In this document: positions 60,786-64,000 of the stretch, one piece after another
How the letters are laid out: each line of letters opens with the position of its first letter
How positions within the stretch are numbered: position 1 is the stretch's first letter
Origin: a virus
Taxonomy: Duplodnaviria > Caudoviricetes
Strand: one strand, 5' to 3'
IMG/VR virus record: IMGVR_UViG_2974727065_000001
Span: 11,088-75,087 of that record
Length of the DNA stretch: 64,000 bases
Program-made: the position numbers and the translations under genes
Notes under the pieces: model-generated
Told to the model about the DNA's origin: nothing
The model's input: the letters and a program-made list of their open reading frames with translations, nothing else
The model's database searches: none

Positions 60786-61499
60786 ATGGAAACCTTCAAG
60801 TACTACCTTCGTGGCAAAGGTGAACTCAACACAAGCAACTTCGCTGACATCGTTGAACAGGGTGTCATTGAGGTTGAGCAACTGGATGAGAAAACCTTTG
60901 TATCCCTTCTCGCTCTGAACCACTTCATTGAGAAAGAGTTTGTCCAGACCGGAGAACCCTACTCTATGAAGGTCATGGTCAAGGGCTACGTCTCGCATCT
61001 TCGTGGAGATAAAGACCTACAACCTGTTCAGGAACTCTATGAGTATCTTGATAATATCGAGATTGAATGTCTTGAGATCCAGCACGAACGGTATCCGGGT
61101 TTTGTCCATACTGAGGCGGGTTTCTCCGATATCTGTGGTGATCTTATGATCAAGGACACACCTTGGTTCACTGTCACGATCGGTTGTGACAAGTCGGTCG
61201 AGAAGTTCTTTCCGGGTGTCATGCTTCAGGCTGACAAGGTACGAGAGAACGGTAAGGTTGTCAGTATGGAACTCGGTTTCGATCCAAGCAGTTGGGAAGC
61301 TCACCGGATCATCCTCGTTGATGATCTGATCGGTGGTGGTGCAACAATCCGTATGCTCATGGACCTGATCAAAGGTAGTGGGTATGATGGTGAAGTGTAC
61401 CTCTGGACTGCCTACAATGAAGGGATCCACTCTCAGGAGCTTCTGGATCGCTTCGATGCTTATTACATCGGAACAAATATCCACGCAAAGGAGAACTGA
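60786..61499 (+). CDS. Divergent ribose-phosphate pyrophosphokinase/PRTase-like protein
   Basis: PRPP-binding loop IILVDDLIGGGATI, K.R..G flexible loop and a terminal TN. Confidence 0.7.
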   Translation: METFKYYLRGKGELNTSNFADIVEQGVIEVEQLDEKTFVSLLALNHFIEKEFVQTGEPYSMKVMVKGYVSHLRGDKDLQPVQELYEYLDNIEIECLEIQHERYPGFVHTEAGFSDICGDLMIKDTPWFTVTIGCDKSVEKFFPGVMLQADKVRENGKVVSMELGFDPSSWEAHRIILVDDLIGGGATIRMLMDLIKGSGYDGEVYLWTAYNEGIHSQELLDRFDAYYIGTNIHAKEN

Positions 61500-62485
61500 T
61501 GCTATTCCGTCTGTGGTACAAACTGATTGACAAGGTAGCTTCCCCGTCTTGGGGAACTATCAGTTGGATCTTCTTGGTCCATTTCTGGTCTACCTTTGTT
61601 CTCATGAAACTCGCTGGGGAGGGGTCCATCTGGGACTCCTTCACTTACTGGTATGTTGTCACTGCTTCTACCGTAGGTTATGGGGATCTCTCTCCTAGCT
61701 CTCAGTTAGGACAAGCGGTGGTAGCTCTCTGGACAATACCCGGTGGTGTAGCTCTCTTCGCTGCTATCATCGGTAAGGCTGTAAACGACATTGGGAGAAA
61801 GACTCGAATGAACAAGGACGGACTCGGTCAGTTTGGCCGCTTCAAAGATCACGTTATCCTCGTCTGTGATGATGATGACGCAGTACAAACACTGGATGAT
61901 GAGACAACAGCCAAGCTTGGACGTCATGAGAAAGTGGTTGTTACCACAGGAACTTCTCGTCATACCTACTGGATCAAACTTAACAGCTACATCGATAAGC
62001 TGGCTTACCTCCGGGCTAACTACTTGTTGGCTAAGAGGATTGTCGTGATGTTGGAACACGACCGGGATGCTATCTCGGCTGTCCTGACTCTCGCTTCTAT
62101 GACCAGCAAGCCAATCATCGTCCACTTCAAGGATAAGTCCAATGTGGACCTATTGAAGCCTCATGTGGGTGACAATGTTGAATTCGTGGTCAGCAATACA
62201 GTTGAGCTTATGGCTCGTGCTATGGCTGATCCCGGTATATCTTCTGTCTTTGAAGCCCTGATGTGTTCTGGCAACAAGGACACCCTCTATGCTGCTCGTT
62301 TCAGTAGCTTTACCTCAGAGTTCGAAAAGAGCATTCGCTCAATCGAATTCGAGTATAATTGTTCGGTAATCGCAGTGAGGAATGACGATACAGGTGAGAT
62401 CGTCTTCGTTAATAGTGGTGATCGTGTTGACACCATTAACTACCAAACAATGTTCTATATCGCCTCCAAAAGAATCTCTCAGTAA
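61499..62485 (+). CDS. Potassium channel (2TM pore + RCK-like domain)
   Basis: Selectivity filter T.STVGYGD.SP between two transmembrane helices; H.I.. Rossmann-like C-terminal domain. Confidence 0.88.
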   Translation: MLFRLWYKLIDKVASPSWGTISWIFLVHFWSTFVLMKLAGEGSIWDSFTYWYVVTASTVGYGDLSPSSQLGQAVVALWTIPGGVALFAAIIGKAVNDIGRKTRMNKDGLGQFGRFKDHVILVCDDDDAVQTLDDETTAKLGRHEKVVVTTGTSRHTYWIKLNSYIDKLAYLRANYLLAKRIVVMLEHDRDAISAVLTLASMTSKPIIVHFKDKSNVDLLKPHVGDNVEFVVSNTVELMARAMADPGISSVFEALMCSGNKDTLYAARFSSFTSEFEKSIRSIEFEYNCSVIAVRNDDTGEIVFVNSGDRVDTINYQTMFYIASKRISQ

Positions 62486-62497
62486 TAGGAATACGAA

Positions 62498-63658
62498 ATG
62501 CTCCGTAATGTAACCGACAAACGCCGTAACTGGACTACCCACGCTGAAGAAAATGGTTTCAAATTCCATACAATGTACGGTGAACCTTACTGGAATGAGG
62601 GTGTTCACTATGAATTCACTCTCCGGGAAATCGAAGACAAAATCGAAGACCCCTCAACAGAACTTCACCTGATGTGTCTGGACGTTGTTGATCGTATCAT
62701 CGGCTCCGGTGAAGCTATGGAACGCCTCGGTATTCCTCGTGCTTCTTGGGACTACGTCTACAACTCTTGGAAGAAGGAACGCCACAACAACTTGTATGGT
62801 CGCTTCGACCTGATCTACAATGGTATGGGTCCAGCCAAGATGATCGAATACAATGCCGACACCCCAACGAGCCTCTGGGAAGCGTCTATTTATCAACACC
62901 TTTGGTTAGGTGACGCTAAAGAGCAGGGGATCATCGATCCTCGTGCTGACCAGTTTAACCTGATCCATGAGAAGTTGATTGCTCGTATTGGCAATAACCT
63001 TCCGATCAAGGGTGACTTCTTCTTTAGCTCCTTCGGTGGAGTCGAAGAGGACTATGCCTGTGTTGAGTATCTCGGTTGGTGTGCTGTTGAAGCGGGTATC
63101 AATCCTGAACACATCAACGTTGAAGATATCAGTATCCGCGAGAACGGCCAGTTCGTTACCAAGGATAACCGTGAGATCAACTCAATCTTTATGCTGTATC
63201 CTTGGGAAGACATGCTCCGTGATGATTATGCTGAGTATCTTCCTGACTCAGATACCACATGGTTTGAGCCAGCTTGGAAAAGTTTGTTGAGTAACAAGGG
63301 CTTGCTACCTTATCTCTGGAAGTATAACAAGGGTCATCCAAACCTCCTCGAAAGCTACTTTGAGGATGAAGGTCACAGCATGGAAGCCTTTGTAAAGAAA
63401 CCAATTTTCTCACGCGAAGGATCCTCTATCGAAATGATTGATAGCGGAGTTTTGATTGAGAAAGCTGAGGATATGTCGTATGCTGATAATCCGAGTATTA
63501 TTCAGGAGTATGCCCCAATCGAGTCTTTCGATGGGAACTTCCCGGTCATCGGCGCTTGGATCGTCGGTGATGAATGTGTTGGTATGGGTCTTCGTGAGGA
63601 CCATTCCCGTATCACTCAAGACCTGTCCCGCTTCACGCCTCACACCATCGTCTACTAA
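62498..63658 (+). CDS. Glutathionylspermidine-synthase-like ATP-grasp ligase (YgiC/YjfC family)
   Basis: YGRFD, EYNADTPT.L.E, YPWE, EP.WK.LLSNK, KP.FSREG and GLRED..IT...SRF.PH motifs. Confidence 0.9.
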   Translation: MLRNVTDKRRNWTTHAEENGFKFHTMYGEPYWNEGVHYEFTLREIEDKIEDPSTELHLMCLDVVDRIIGSGEAMERLGIPRASWDYVYNSWKKERHNNLYGRFDLIYNGMGPAKMIEYNADTPTSLWEASIYQHLWLGDAKEQGIIDPRADQFNLIHEKLIARIGNNLPIKGDFFFSSFGGVEEDYACVEYLGWCAVEAGINPEHINVEDISIRENGQFVTKDNREINSIFMLYPWEDMLRDDYAEYLPDSDTTWFEPAWKSLLSNKGLLPYLWKYNKGHPNLLESYFEDEGHSMEAFVKKPIFSREGSSIEMIDSGVLIEKAEDMSYADNPSIIQEYAPIESFDGNFPVIGAWIVGDECVGMGLREDHSRITQDLSRFTPHTIVY

Positions 63659-63691
63659 TCATAAATCTCATACGAATAAGGAGAATCAAGT

Positions 63692-64000
63692 ATGAAACGT
63701 TCCACTATCCTCGCCACTACCGCAATCCTGTCCGGTGCTATCTTCCTGTCTGGTTGTGAAGACACCAAGAAGCCTGAAGCAATGAGCTTCAAGAACCTTG
63801 AGCAGTGTCTCTATCAACGACCCCTCGACCAGAATGAAATCGAATGGGAACAGATCTGTAAGAATGCTATGGAAGCTGCTGACCGTGAACACGATCGGTC
63901 TGCACCTCGCTACGCCCCTTCTGGATCTGATGGTGATGATCTCTGTGAACAAGAGCATGGTGATGATGCTTGCTATGAGCGTAAAGACTCCAGCGGTAAC
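63692..64000 (+). CDS. DUF1190 (YgiB/YjfM-like) lipoprotein, 3'-truncated
   Basis: RBS AAGGAG; lipobox LSG-C; C...C..A...A..EH...APRY...CE..HG...C pattern. It is absent from the ORF track because it runs off the window. Confidence 0.75.
   Translation, partial: MKRSTILATTAILSGAIFLSGCEDTKKPEAMSFKNLEQCLYQRPLDQNEIEWEQICKNAMEAADREHDRSAPRYAPSGSDGDDLCEQEHGDDACYERKDSSGN

Overview
This 64-kb window is part of a lytic, long-tailed (siphovirus-like) dsDNA bacteriophage genome. Every credible gene is on the + strand. The order is: (i) 3' part of a very large repeat-rich tail fibre, tail accessory genes and a lysis cassette (M15 endolysin, holin, unimolecular spanin-like lipoprotein); (ii) portal, two tRNAs, then scaffold, capsid, neck, tail tube, frameshifting tail chaperones and tape measure; (iii) an early/host-takeover region with a T7 gp0.7-like kinase, an ART-like protein, SleB and an HD hydrolase, ending in a T7-type RNA polymerase; (iv) a T7-like replication and nucleotide module (SSB, dCMP deaminase, PolA, exonuclease, primase-helicase, RNR); (v) an accessory region with RNA ligase, phosphoesterase, a NAMPT + Prs-like pair, a K+ channel, a Gsp-synthetase-like gene and DUF1190. 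The standout is the gene in the MuF/SPP1-gp7 slot between portal and scaffold. It encodes a ~1,460-aa fusion of a MuF minor-head domain to a second single-subunit RNA polymerase that retains all the catalytic motifs. The window also has two distinct families of repeated promoter-like motifs: GCATCTATAATGA at the early entry points and ATAGG(GTG/TGA/TTA)CGTTAAAG in middle/late regions. Together these suggest a two-polymerase cascade with a capsid-packaged RNAP delivered through a MuF domain. All product calls come from motifs recognised by eye; no database searches were run, so novelty is unverified.
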